Positions 1-13,827 of a stretch of 64,000 nt of DNA are shown piece by piece (within the stretch, counting starts at the first letter, position 1; each line of letters starts with the position of its first letter). A model generated the notes under the pieces. The model ran no database searches. It was not told where the DNA came from and worked only from the letters and a program-made list of their open reading frames with translations. The stretch lies in contig JAYWIR010000005.1 of the NCBI GenBank assembly GCA_036172245.1, forward strand, positions 3,224,001 to 3,288,000, read 5' to 3'. Position numbers and translations under genes: made by a program. Source of the DNA: Raillietiella orientalis. Its lineage: Eukaryota.

Positions 1-879
1 TTTGTACCTTGAGAATTTATCATTTGAATTCCCAGGCATATCAAGACACTTGCCTTGATATATAAATGCTAAACTTTTACTTTGTTCATACTTTGTCAAA
101 TTCCTTAATCCTTCTAACTCTTGATTTTGAATTGAAATAGTAATCAGAAGCCACTTACGTGCAGTAGCGTTTCAGTTTTAACGAGTTAGCTGATTCCTTC
201 AAGGTGTTTTCTATTTCCTATTCTTTTTGGTTCTTTCAATTTATATAATTTGTGTTGATATTGATTTTCTGCAAAAAAACTGTTGCTTTTTTTCTCATTT
301 TTTACTGGCTTAAAACATCAAATTTAAAGAACTATGCAAAAAATCATGTGGACATTTTTCAGTACTTTTAGCATTCTTCACTCAATTATGAAGTCGGAGT
401 TTATTAATCACTTAAGTATTAAACTTCAGATATTCATCTCTATTCTGTGTTGTTTTTGCCGCATCTTTAATGTAAATCAAGTAGCAGAATCGATACAATT
501 CTGTTTTGTAATGCAAATACATTTCACAATGCGGAAACTAATACGAAGAAAGCACTTGGAAGTAATATAACATTTGTAATATCTTAACCAGTAAATGAGA
601 TGACTTCAAGCGCATTTATATTTTTTTAAGGTTTTCGTTTGCACTTTAGATTATTGGAATTTGTTTTAAAGTCGTGCTTTGTTTTGAGAAATGAAAGAAA
701 CCGAATGCTAATGGCTCAGTTACATTTTTAATGTTCTCATAATAGTTTCACTTTATCAAATAATCCTGGTTTACATGAATTCAGAATACCACTGCTAGTT
801 GATGTTCTTTCAGAGACTTCCAATAAATAATTCATTGTGATCACAGTGAACATTAACAACCACTTTATGAAGCACCCGT

Positions 880-1038
880 TTATCAGCTGCAATGTGTAAG
901 ATAACGATAAGATAATTTTCCAGCAAAGTTTAGGGAATTATCACTTATTCCAGTGATAATTAAGATAACTGCGATAACTTATCTTCTTATCATAAAAGAC
1001 TGGCTATAATAATATAAAATATTGACATTAGGATCAGT
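880..1038 (+). promoter_or_regulatory. GATA-site cluster followed by TATA box and Inr-like motif
   Basis: Ten GATAA/TTATC cores at 880, 900, 906, 911, 938, 955, 964, 973, 979 and 987, then TATAAAA at 1013-1019 and TCAGT at 1034-1038. Confidence 0.5.
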
Positions 1039-1599
1039 GTCATCGTCTACAAATAAGATGTATACCTCTGTGGAAAGGATTATTCTTTCCATTTGCCAAG
1101 AAGAAAGGGAAAAAGTGAGCTTTTCTCATTGAGCACTGAAGAGGAAGATCATGAATCGAATTACTGAGGCTATTCCTTCTTTGCAAACTATTCCTTCTTT
1201 CAATTACACAAATTGATCGCATAATGCATAACCCATTATACATAACATATACTGTGTGAAAGGAAATAGACATGCAGGAGAAAACCACTTTTGATCCCAC
1301 TGTGTCACTGAGGCCACAAACGCCTTGATTGATTGGCACCTGACTTGGCAGTTTCCATGCCTGCATGCAGGCGACGGACAAGCCTGGACACGGCGAGTGA
1401 GCATCGAGTCCACCCGTTCAGCAGTCATCTTGGGACAATAGGGAAATCTTCATTTCTCGTCTTCTTGGCTCTAGTGACAACAGTCACCTGCACACGAAAA
1501 GAAAGATCCAAAGAGAGATCTCTTGTAGCGAAAGGAGCTGTTTTTGGCGGCATCCCAAAAGCTGATTACATTGCCCATGGGCTGATATTTCTATCGGAA

Positions 1600-2100
1600 C
1601 TTTAGAAAGGAAATGGAAATTAATAAGCAATCATCTTCCCTTCGCATTTACTCTATTTCAACTGGGTCAGTGAGGTCTTATCGCGAACAAGAAGAAACAG
1701 CTCATGGAATGTACAGCTACTGGAAACTTCAGATCCTGCAAGACCGTCTCTTGCACATGTCACTGTTCGTGGTTCCGGACGATGAGGCAACAAGGGAAGA
1801 CCTCCAAGGAGCTGGGACCAGGCGCATTTCCACTCAATGTGGATCAACTGATGTGCTGCCTGGAAGGGAGGTTTCCCGGACCGAGCTGTGTGCGCCCCCG
1901 GGAAGCGCAACACTTCGTTCCTCGTTTGTTCACGGTGATGAAGAATGAGGAGCGCAAATCACGGGAAGTGTTTCGACACACGTGAAGGCACACTGCTTGC
2001 ACACGCGCGCGGCACGCGTGCATACACGAGGACACTCGTGCAAAGGTTCAGCAATCTCTGGAAAGTGAGCAACCTATTCCGCGGACTTGGTTCCTTGGAC
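1600..2100 (+). mobile_element. Diverged LINE 3'-end fragment
   Basis: YREQEETAHGMYSYWKLQILQD resembles a decayed zinc knuckle. GCATACACGAGGACACTC resembles the CCTAC(A/G)TGAGGACG block of the 50.9 and 53.3 kb copies. Confidence 0.3.
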
Positions 2101-2949
2101 CGCGTCGATGCGCGGCTACTGGGAGATACTCAAATCAGGAATTGCAGAATCCCGATATCGTTAAAAGAAGGAAGGAATGGAAAATTTTTTGATTCTAAAA
2201 TCCATGAACTTGAATCACTGCGTGGAAAAGGGATAATGCATTTCTTCCATGCTTCTAGCCTTCTTGCACAGTGGACCTATGACCTCCAATCAACTATTTG
2301 GATGGTGGCCGTAGGCGGACTTACTGCTCCGTAGCAAAGGAAAGGATTGTGCCCGCACAGCGACTCTAGAAAAGAGACAGAAAGAGAAGGGAAGCAAACA
2401 CAAAGATCAGCTCGTCACGTGGCCTCCAAAGGAGTCCCTCAACCTTGGGGCAATCATCATGGGACCTTGGGGGAATCAGTCCCCGCATGACGGGGTTTTG
2501 AAGAAAATGAGAGTGGGAAATTCCCTCAATAATTGGTTGGTATATATAGGCGCTGCCTCAGAGTGTATTCACCATAAATTCACCACAAGCTCATTGCAAA
2601 GAGGATTTTATTCTATTAAGAGATGAAGCTAGGGGATCACCACCGCGAATGCGAGAGTACCATATTTTCCATGTTCATCTAACCTCGCCCCAAGTGATGT
2701 TTCCTGTCCTGTGAAATGGAAACGAATCTGTGAGATAGAAATTTCGGTTTGAATGACCCTCACATCCACAATAATGTGAAGGCAGAACTGGATCACTAGA
2801 AGCTGAGGACTTCCGGGCTTGGCAGTAGCGTTGGGGGCTCCAGTGCCATCAGAGAAAAGGTCACCTCAAAGGAGGCAGCTCAAAGACGTTAACTTTTTTT
2901 AAAATAAAGGGTCGTTTCTATCGACTCGTTTAGTTTACAGCCGGAAATT

Positions 2950-5900
2950 GGAAGAATACCTTTTATTGTGTTCTTGAGTCAATCGCACCTTGAGATATCG
3001 CTGTAGACTTGCTTCAGAAGCAACAGAGCAGTGGTAATTAGCCCAATGAGCACGGCAGCAGGGGTATGATGCCATCAAGAGTAGTGAAAACACTCTGGAA
3101 TGATGGAGGATTACCGACGAAAGTCATGCAAGTAGTCGCCAGCAGGATATGAAATGGCCTTTCATGGCAACGTGTAGCTTGCAGCACCTACCGAAATGGC
3201 ATTCATCGTGAAACATAGCGAACCAAGGCTGCAGAGAGTTCTTCGCCTTGTTACCTCCTCCTCTTTCACCTCCACCGCTTTTCCTCCTCCTTTCCCTTTT
3301 CCCCCAGTAAAATGCGGACTCCTCATTCGAAGCAATGAGACGGTCATCACCGATGCTGATGATTATCGCAGGAACTGCCTCGCTCATCGGCTGCAGGTGA
3401 CCGAAAACCGATTTGTTTCAACGAGGTGCCTAGGTGGAATGAGACAGAGGAAGAAGATGCTGAGAGCATCTTCTTCTGATGATGCAGTGAGGGAACCACC
3501 ATGCTGTTCTATTTCAAAAGTCTTAGAGACGGAGTAGATCAGTCCATGTGCCAGTATCTTTACTACTAACTTAGGTGACAGAACGCCCAATTATACCAAC
3601 ACTCACTCCTACGTCAATGCAGGCAGCAGCAGGTCTGATGACGTTACTGGTGTCATGGATGAATCCAATTGTCTTGATGCGATGCAGGAAACAGTGGCAA
3701 ATCGAAGTGGCACGAAAAATGACGAACCACTGGCGAAGAATTCAGATTTTGATGCTAAGGAGATACCTCTGGAGCGTCGAAGAAATTCGATCATGGACGC
3801 TGGTGTGAGCACTGATTAAGATGCAGCAGAGTGCATTCAGCATGAAGATAGCAGCGTAGAAGATGTCGACTTTATGAAGGAGTAGACGAACAGCGGAGAC
3901 AATGGCGATGTCTAAAGAAAGAAAAATCTACGAAAAAATGGACTGGCTGTATTCTTTAGTACTTCTTAGTTGCACTACTTGATCGAGTTGAGCTCGGAAA
4001 CTCGAATGTAGAGCGTCCATCCGTGCATGAAATCGATCCCCTTTTACCTTTTCTAAAGAGACCGAAGTGGGAAATGAAAGTCTAAACGTTCCAAGTGAAA
4101 TCTCAAAATGAAAAAAAATTACATTCTATCAATGTAAATGGGAACATCAGGGAACTTTTGGTGTAAATTCAATAATTTCGAGACCAAAAAAAGCTGCCGC
4201 TGGACAGTCAAACTGCATTCGCAGTATCTTATGACCGTTTGGTTGGCGACAGAGGCGAGGATAAGCTGAGAAATGTCAGAGCAAGGGCAATTCTAGTTAG
4301 ACTGGGGTCATGGGAAGGAATCTGTTGGAACAGAGGAACTCAAGAAAAGCACTAATTTGTCCTCTTCCAAAGTTTGCTCTCGTGCATTTATGGACTGATG
4401 TCACAGATCAATAACATGATCCGGTTTGAATGAATTTTCGAATTCTCATCCCTGTGTTCCGAGAAACTTTGAATTCAAGTTCTGAAACTCTTCAGTAGCC
4501 TTTCAGTTCACATTGAAACATGAAAAAAGCATTTGAAGATGGCCCTCAAAAAACGAAGATACCGATTCCTAGAAATCACCTGCCTGTGTTTGAAGACCCC
4601 TAAACAGTTCCTGGAACAAAAGCGGAAATAAGTGAAAGTTCCACTGTAATCTAATTTATTTCTCGGGATCTCAGGTTCCTATTTAAAAATTTTGCATTTA
4701 TTGTGAAAGATCAATGGAACAAAATCTCCTAGATTAACTTTATTCTAGAAAACTTGAATATATTGAAATACTCTATCGAATATGAAGGTCGGATGTTTTA
4801 TATGAAAGCATATCTTTATCGTCGTCGCGAAAAAAAAAAAAAGAAAAAAAAGATCATTTCACTTCCTTCTTCAAGAAACTGAATGTGATTTTCAAGATAG
4901 AAACAAAATCAGATGCAAATTTTTCAAGTCAAGTGTATATGACTGAAAATCCTCTGAACGCTTTATAATCCGTTCAGAGGAGTAGAAACATTATCAAGCA
5001 GTAGTCAAGACGAAGAATACAAAGAGAATGGCTCAAAACAGTGCATTTATTTCAATTTGTGAAATAAACCGAGTTGTGTAGATCTAAGAAAAATTGCAAG
5101 TATCTTTCGAACTCCAAGAAAAGCTAATGAACCCCAGTTTTTAGCTTCTTTTCCGCTTTGTGCACTCCCCGGCAAACAAGCAGTCGGAAGGAATAGGAAA
5201 CTGGGGACTTTCGTCATCCCCCCTCAATGTATTAGACACTGCCATTTTATTTAACAGTAGATGCAAATGCATATAAAATCATCCTGTTTTTGAATCCGTT
5301 CTAGAGATTAAGGTGCAACTGTCTCATTAGACCCTTTCATGAACCGATAGTTTTATCCTTTGAAGTTCAGTCTGCTTTAGGGTAGGCTACATTGCAAGAA
5401 TAGAATTCAGAATGCTGCACAATGAATGATTTCATGGAACGGATAGAATAGAGAGAGAGAAACTTAGGTTCTTTTTGCTATTGGGAAGAATTTTGCTGAT
5501 ATACCATTACTGAAGTATTGAAATAGAGATCTCTTTTGGTGACAAACCAAGAGCGGGAAGTTGTTTTCTCTTTCTTATCGTCGCTGTTGATGATGGCATG
5601 TATCAAAAGAAACGAAAAATGAAAGTTGATGATTCAACTGTCTTCTAACGATGAGTCGACAGCCTGTTTGTTCTGCCTCAAAGACAGTGAAATTAGGCTC
5701 ATCCTGTACTGAAGATCGGCTAAAGGATATGGAAACTGACCCAAGAGCTTGAGATCAGTCCTTTCAGTGCTGATTACATATGGATAGAGTAGAGCGGTCA
5801 ATATGCTGTTGTACTCACTGAACCGAAGTTCGAAATTGAAGAAACAGATGCGGATTCAGTGAACTGGAGAATCATTATGATGCATGGACAAAGAATGGAT

Positions 5901-6300
5901 CATTGCCTCCTCAGTAGTCCAGTTAATTCCTTCGCAGAATTGGTTCGATTTTTGCTCTAAATATTTTGATTACATCACAGGGAACGTATCCAAGATTGGA
6001 TTCGCGGAAAAGGAAAAGAACATGTTATGAAAACAAAAGCTCGTCAAGTATACTAATGACACGAGGGAAACAAGAAATTAGCTTTTCTTTCAGCAATCAA
6101 AAAATCCGAGATTTGAACTTGTAGCTAACCTTTATTGATGCAGAAGATTAAACTGTGATAATAATATTGATACTGCTTCAAGTCAGAACTTTGAGGTTCA
6201 TCTGAGATCTCCAGAGATAATGGAATGTGGAGGAACATGCTAGAAAACGCACCTGACGATCGCCTCCTTCCGTGGGTTTTGTGATCATCCGTGTATCATC
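2950..6300 (+). mobile_element. Highly decayed L1/Tx1-like LINE (ORF1-like acidic region, APE endonuclease and RT remnants)
   Basis: Ordered degenerate motifs: LHSINVNG (4119, APE start), SCIYG (4380), KIS*INFIL (4721, ~SRIDYI), GKQAVGRN (~KxPGxDG, ~5170), QSLSVL (~PLSxLL, ~5755) and VKYT (6043, ~VKYLG). Many stops and frameshifts. Confidence 0.4.
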
Positions 6301-6699
6301 CTCTTGAACTTCAGTTCGCTTTTCGTGAATGGTTCCTAAGAGAAAAACAGGAGTTCGTGCTGCCTGTTTAACGCATAATCCTGCTAATCATTAGCTGCTG
6401 CTTTAGATCCACTTCATTTTTGTTATGGTCAGCAAGAGTGGTGCGTTACTGAATTGGTTCTTTCGAATCCCCCTTATTGACTTCTTTTTGTGGAAAGCAG
6501 ACAGCTTTCTACTCCTTTCATTACCTAAAGATCATCACGTCTCTCTTTTCCAACTATTGCTGTTTATGATTTCCCTCACGTCCTCACATTAAAAAGTTAT
6601 CATCCACTGTCTTTAGCTACCAGATTTTTTCTTCCTCGAATTGTCTTGATCCAGGCTGTTTCTAATGTGTTCAAGGATGTGATGGTTGCATTGCCAAGA

Positions 6700-8450
6700 A
6701 TCCATGGTATCATACATACTACAATCTACTATGCCTAATTGCAGGGCACCAGTATGGAAAATCTTGAATTTCCATTTTCAGAAAATTTATCGGATCTCCA
6801 AAACGCTATTAGATGCTATCAGGAACTTCACAGAGTTCTGGTTCCGGCAAGGAGTTCGCTAGGGGACCCTTTTGGTCGTAGGGAGCTCAATGTCCGTTCT
6901 AGAAATGTGACGTGGGCTTTATGTTCGTCTAACAGATGTGTTGCTTTTGGCGCAATACCTTGGATTTAAAATTCACAAGTTGCATTTACTTACTTTTTGG
7001 ATGCTCGCTAATTCTGTGATGCAAGTATTAGGTTTCCTATCTTTTTCGAGTTAGTGCTAGAGGTGGCTTCAAAGGACAATATGTCTCCTTCATCTGGCAA
7101 CAGCTGCATCATAAAACACTGAATGAAAAAAGTATAGAGGGAAAAAAACAAAGATCGAAATAAAACCTGAAGCATCAGTTACTGTTCAGTTTGATTTATT
7201 GAGTTTTCATTATTCACAATCGACCTCTACCAGTTAGATTAGATATCTGGTTCATTCCTTTGTACTTCTCAAACAAAGCGGCTGAACTTAGTTGCCATCT
7301 CTCTCCCGTGAACTTCTGCGCGACAAACTAACGTGTTCGAGAGGAACCTTGTACAGAACTTGACATGTCCACAGCTTTTAACTGGTGCTCTTTTACAAAC
7401 TCTCCTTCCGAGTGTGGTTAATCCAGCAATTAGCTCACTGATTGCGTGCCTTGCATATACGATATTGTGATTTTCAGCCTCAGGCTTTGTTATTAATTGC
7501 TGCTGCAGTTCCAGAGTTTGTTTCGAGCTGCACGCTTTCCTATTTCTTCTTCTCTGTGCTTCCAGTCTTCATGTTCTGTGGTAAAACGTTACATGTTTGT
7601 CGTAGCTGCAGCATGCGACAAATTCAGCTCTCCCGTGGACCTTGGAAAAAATTTCCTAGCCCTAGAGAAACGAAACTGCCAGTGCTCAGTACACAGATCT
7701 CTTTTCCTCCCATGACGTTTTTTAATGGGGCACTCTTTACGCAGATTTGCAAATGATATTGGAAATTCAGGAAGTAACTATAAATTACAACAAATGCGTT
7801 TCTTGTACGCTCCCTTAGAATGCACCTCCTCCTAGCTCAGTCAGTCTACGAGAGAACTTCGCTGAAGGCTGTAATCTAGAGGTCGGAATCTTTGATGAGT
7901 TCCACCACTTTGCGACCGTATCTCGTTCTGATTCCCCTCAATAACTCCGAGCCAAAAGTTCGAAAGTAAGTTCTTTGTTCACAGATGCCACTTGCTCTAG
8001 AAGAAGCAAGTTTTACGTGCTTCTTCTTGCTGCTTCTGCAATTCCCATCGGAACTCCCTTCTGGGTGAGGAAATTGTCTGCATTTATTGCTTCGTCTCCA
8101 TGCTTTTCTATGATAATGACGATGCAAAAAGAAGCACCCGTAGGTCCATTGCCAACGAACACGGTTGAGGAACTGCACCTAACCTATCCTATCCAGCATT
8201 TACGTTCCTTTACGAAGAGATAAACAGGAGTTTTCTGAGTTTTCAGCGGTGACACATGGATCCTTGATCTTTCACTTGGTCTCGCCTGCATCCTAGATTT
8301 CACGAGAGACTCGCATTGAGAGCGATTCCCAGCGAGTAGAGTCAAGAGGGGATATAAAGAGGGTAATAGGTTGCTGAAAATGCTTTCAATAGCCTTAAGC
8401 ATCATCAGAGGACGAGAGGAAGAAGCCCTTTACGATGGGCATTATAGAAA
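6700..8450 (-). mobile_element. Possible decayed LINE ORF2 fragment (antisense)
   Basis: Weak remnants on the minus strand such as SRPLMMLKAIES (~SPLLFxLAIE) and LSLRK..VQFLN (~LSLxGRVxxxN). Coding-like composition with broken frames. Confidence 0.25.
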
Positions 8451-8779
8451 AAACGCGATCCACGCATAATGCAAAAACAATGGACCACTATCAGTAAGGT
8501 TGTGTGAGTGATATGTGGCAAAGAAAACACAGAAGCTTGGCCGCATCTTCCAGCCGATCTTACTCCTGTAAAACTACAGAAGATCAGGATAAATGTATTC
8601 TGTTCATTAATTATTCGTTTACAGAGGATGAAGTAAGTCTGTGCTAACGCAGTTTAATAATTCAATATGGCATTGCTCACTGTACTCAATAAATCCAGTA
8701 ATAGACACAGAGGAATCACAGTATCCCGCTTCCTAATAACAGACCCACATTGATTTAGATACAGGACGTTACGCCAGAT

Positions 8780-9150
8780 GTGATAGCTGGCCTTGGAGGC
8801 TCATAGCTGTGCGCATTAATAATACAGATATTCGAGTGCCGTTTGAATCTTCTGAATCGATAGGCAGTCTCCCAGTTACGCAACGGCGTGTTTTGCCGAG
8901 GCGTGTGATGTGACAGGGAAATCCAGGGCAACTCTCTGACGCTGCTCCTCTCTTTTCTCTCTGAGAATCGCAGAACCGCCACTTGGCTTTTTCCGATGTG
9001 GACGGCCCAGAGACCACTTTCCGGAGAGGCGAGCAACAGCAGTAACGCCGTCGGAATTCTTCGCTCCTACGCAGGGATCCCGTTGCCGGGATACCGGAAG
9101 ATACGGTTCGGTTATAGAAGGCATGGTGTCTTCCAGGCGAGACAAAAAAA
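8780..9150 (+). mobile_element. Diverged LINE 3'-end fragment
   Basis: GC-rich patch with GVLP...IAEPPLGFFRCG (decayed knuckle). AACGCCGTCGGAATTCTTCGCTCCTACGCAGG resembles AATGCCGTGACTCCGGCGCTCCTGCACCAGG at 53111. Confidence 0.3.
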
Positions 9151-12100
9151 AACACAAACAAAAATTCTGGGTGTTGGAGCCGGTGTTTCTGGAAGTGTCG
9201 AGAACCATACTTCATCTTGGGTTCGGATTTTCATATTCTTCCTGTTACTTTATTCGTGATGTTATGTGTATTCTAAACAGGAAGGGAGTCAGTATGACCC
9301 CTATTTGTATATCTCACCCAAAACACCATCATTTCGATATTCGCCAACTCTTGCATTCTTTTGTATCAGAATGAGGGAAAAAATGTTTCTTTCTATTTTT
9401 AAACTTTAATCAAGGACACCTCTGCAGGAGGGAAATCGTTGCATTGATGCAATCAACTTCCCATGGATGCATGCTTTCGTATTTCGAAAGCATTTTCTTT
9501 TAAAAAATAAAATAAAATGTGCATTGAAATGGATATACATAGTACATTGAAATGAATGAAGAAAATAAAGTCTATTCCAGCTTTGATTCTCTTTAAAATC
9601 AATCCTTAGAATTTAAAAGCTTTATCGAGTCTTAAGGAATTCATTTGTTTCCTTATTTTTCGTGAAAAGTCAAAAATATATGGAAAATGATGTACAGTTT
9701 GTAACGTTCGCTTTTATTAATTAAAAAATATGGATGTTTCTGAAGGGAAGTCAGTTTTAGCGTCTCGTTTACGTTGCTTTCGTTTGGGCCAGCATTCAAC
9801 AGAGGCTGCTTTTATTTTTTTTTATTTTTTATTTATTTGTTTCACTAAAGCTGAAATGGTCCATTCCTTTGCTCTGAATAGTAATAGCCAAGCAAGCTCA
9901 AAAAAAAGTAGTATTCCACTTCTATTCAAAACGGGATTGAGCTTCAATGCTATAGAAAAATAATTTCATATATAGTGAATAATTTTACTTTATGGGAAAA
10001 TGAAAATTAGAGAACCTCAGAACAGAATATCTGTTTCATACATGATATCTGCTTCAGAAAAAACTAAAACAAATACACAAAGTTTGGTTGATTGAATAGA
10101 CAACTGGTTTTAAGTGTGAAGTATTTGATACTGAGATTCTGTTGTTATTTAGGATACCGTTCCATTTTATCACTATTGTAATTTAATTTACCATCAACAT
10201 ATCAACTACCATTGGTTTGTGTCGGCTCGTGTATTTATTTCCTTTTCCCGTTAAAGAAACATTCAATTGGCCATTATGTGTTCCATTGAATGTTCGTAGT
10301 TCAATATGTTGAATGGATACTCCTGAATTTTACCCTTCTTTTCCAACCACGTTTACCGATTGTATGAAGCATGCTAGTTAAATGGACAATTTAGGTGTGC
10401 CTCGTTAATGATTTTCCATTGGAATTCATTAGAAATTACAATTTGCATTTAAGATTTCACATTAGAAAGTCCACTTTGGTTTTTGAGACCTTAGAGACTA
10501 ATTAGAGTGTATTTTATTCAAGTTTAACGTTCTTTTATTTCTTCAGGATAAGTTTTAAAAAATACCCTCAGGCTGACGATTCACACGTATAAAAGTTGAA
10601 GCCACACATTTATGAAACTTTATCTGCGAAATTATAAATTCAAACTTGTATTTAAATGTATCGAATTGACTATTGGAATGCATTGTTTAATATTTAATAT
10701 TCCTGAATTGACTGTTGAAAAATAAGTTCACATATGCTGAAAGATTACAAAAATTTCCGGAAGTGTTTTCTGCTTTTTTTTTAGAAAGACGACATATTTT
10801 CATTTCTTGAACAGTGGAAAGTTGAATGGAAAGCTTCATTCTCCTCCCAAACAATGAAAACTTATAGGCGCCTTATGGAATTATGTCAAACCTTATTACT
10901 CGCTGAAAGTATGTGAGTATGTTAACATATGATAACTAATATCTTAATTTTTCATAGCAGTTCGAGAAGTTCCCTGGATACATTTCTTTATTGGAAGCTT
11001 ATCACGGTTCCTTCAATTTGTGATTTTTTTTGGAGATTATATGTGGAAATATCAGTTGTGGGAATACTGGCCGCAATATCGATAATTCGTAGATTCTCGG
11101 CTTGTTAAACACGAAACTCGTGGATTTTGGCGCGTTCGATACCACTCACTGTACAATCTATTTAGCTGAATCAAGGTTTCTTTTTAAATCAGATTAAACT
11201 CTCTAAATTTGAACTGTGAAACAGAAATCAAATAATCCGGGGAACTTCATACCCTTTGCTAGAAGATGATTTCTACATCAAAAGATGCTTGAGTTTATAT
11301 TGAGATCAGGATTTACATTGCATTCATTGATTCGAGCAGTCATCATCAGCGGATTTTTTCTAAATCTGTTTCTCATTTGTGAAGTGCAGAAAGGGAGTTG
11401 GTTAGGCGACGTCTTTATACATTACATACCCAGTTCAAAGAAATGGAGTCGAGCAATTCGCACCTTGTCAATGAAGAAAAGCAATACGATTATTCATTCG
11501 CTTTGTATTTGTGAATACTGCCACGATTTTGATCGGTATTTGAAAGGAAAGAACGAAGTGAATGTGTACCGTGCGACCACTGCCTTCTCAATGGCCTGAA
11601 ATGACGTAAATAAAGGAATCTCTAATCGAATGGTCTGGATAAACAAGCAAGTGCAATGTGTCTTCTTCGTACTCAGTCACAAAGGTTTGGAAAGTGTTCT
11701 GATCATTGTGATTGCCACCAGTGGAATTTCTGAAAGTTGTGATGCATGACTGATGGGTGGGAAAAGCCTCAAGGAGACTAATAGTTGCAGAAGCATAACG
11801 AACAAGACGTACACTGCTTGACATCATTGCTACTAGGAAAGCAAAAAGAATTTAGAAAATACTAGATGGTGACCGATCTCCATTTCCGAGCTGGTCATTA
11901 GGCAAGTTCAAAGAAGCATAGCATCTTTTGCAAACAGTGCTTGAAACAGTTCTTTCAGTTCAGTTCTTTCTGTAAAAATTCTACAAAGTTTTTTTCGCAT
12001 GATGCTTAAATCCTGATGAATTGCAAAAGAGCTTGTCTTTCTTCTTCTTCTTTTTTTTTTTTTTTTTTAAAAAAAAGAAATGTGAAAAAGAATGAAACAG

Positions 12101-13827
12101 AGATTTTTAACCTTATGAACAATTATTCCACAATATTCTAAACTCATTTATTACCGATCTAAAGAGCTCTATAAAAGGCAGATTCAGTTTTAGATATATA
12201 TACACAAACCAAGATTCTCTTTTCCATGATATTCGTGGAATGTCTTTAAAATAAAAATCACTAGCGAATCTTAAATGGAAATATGAATTGTGAGCTGGAG
12301 AAGTTTTCCATGTTAACTCTGGATAATCTGTTGCAGTATGAATTCAGTGAAAAGAATTCCAACTTGGAACCTGAAATAAGCACGTTGTCTGCCTCTTTCA
12401 GAGTAGGAAGATCAGCAAATGTTCGGCTGGAGGTTCCAACCACTACCGAAAACAGCAAACACCTATCTGCTACAGTGTGGACGCGACGGAAAAAACAATT
12501 CCACAGATCCTGAAAGCAAATATTAGAACTTGAAAACCACAAAATCTATTTGTGGAATTCCCACAGGACACGAATAGCTCTGACACCCAAGCAGAAGCAA
12601 ACATTAAATTTGAAATATGCGTTTGCTCCCTTAATACTCCACCAAAAGCTGAAACGTAGGGCTGCCCTCAATTGATAAGTTTCCTGAAATTACTTTCTTA
12701 AAGGTTTAATTAGGTGGTTTAAGTAATGCCGTTCATCCACATGAACATAGGATTCTACCCGAGAATTGGGAGAAAAATAATCCATGTAATGCATTCATTT
12801 AGCATGGATCTCAGCCAGCAATTTCAAGAAACTCCACAAGAAGACAGTGTTTGTTTGTTTTTTTTCTTTATTGCCAAGAAGTGATTTTTCCAACGAATAT
12901 TCCCACACAGGAAGAACGATCTGGAAAACCATCTTCTGCTTAGATTTATTTTCAGTAGACGAAAAAGTTTATTGTGAATCGTTATTCCCTCGCACACATT
13001 CGAAACTCATCTAATTTGTACACGTTTTATGATTAATTCATTCATTGTAAAAAAAAGGAAAAAAAAAAAAGCATTTCGTCTGGAAGTGACTGTCATTTCC
13101 TTATCACAGAAAGGAAAGGTGACTAGTATGTCACCTTCCAGTACTCCCCCGTATTGAATTTCCGAGATTTTTGTATCGTAATCAAGAGTGGTCCAAATGC
13201 GTTCACTTAATATTCGCATCAAATTGCAGACGTGAAAAAGTGGATGGGATTGATCGAACATTGTGATTGACTAGCAAATCTGCATAATCTCCCGAGCCGA
13301 TTCCAGCAGTTCTCTTCAGTAGTGCGCTGGCAGATGTTGGAAAATATTTGGGTTTCTGCATGTGTTCTGAGCATGTTGATTGCGAATTGTTTGTCCGGGT
13401 GAATATGAATGTAATCTGATGCTTCTCATGAGTTACAGTAGTAGCCGCCTGCCTACAGGCAGCATGATTGTATGCTTTTTATTTCCATTATTTAGCGTTG
13501 AAGAATGTTACCCTCTTTTCCATGGACTAAGTTGATCAGTAGTCTTAAGTTTTAAGTATCAAATCAAAGGAAAATCAGAATCGAATGATTGAGAGGAAAG
13601 ATTGAATTAAAGCTGACTATTTGGAATCGCCATAGTTGCCACTTTGAAAATTCAAGTACAGTTACGAGCTCCTAGGAAACTCTTTTAAAGTGGTTTTCCA
13701 AAAGGGATCAATGACGTATCTTCTTTTAGGTGTATACGGTCAAGGATCTAGAAGCCTGATGCTTTATTGCATAATAGTTTGCTCAATATAATGCTTCTGT
13801 GAACTAGAGAGAATTGAATGTTCCAAA

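Noticed and set aside
10150..12550. Scattered exon-like segments on both strands upstream of sestrin
   Set aside because: They could not be joined into a phase-consistent, recognisable reading frame.
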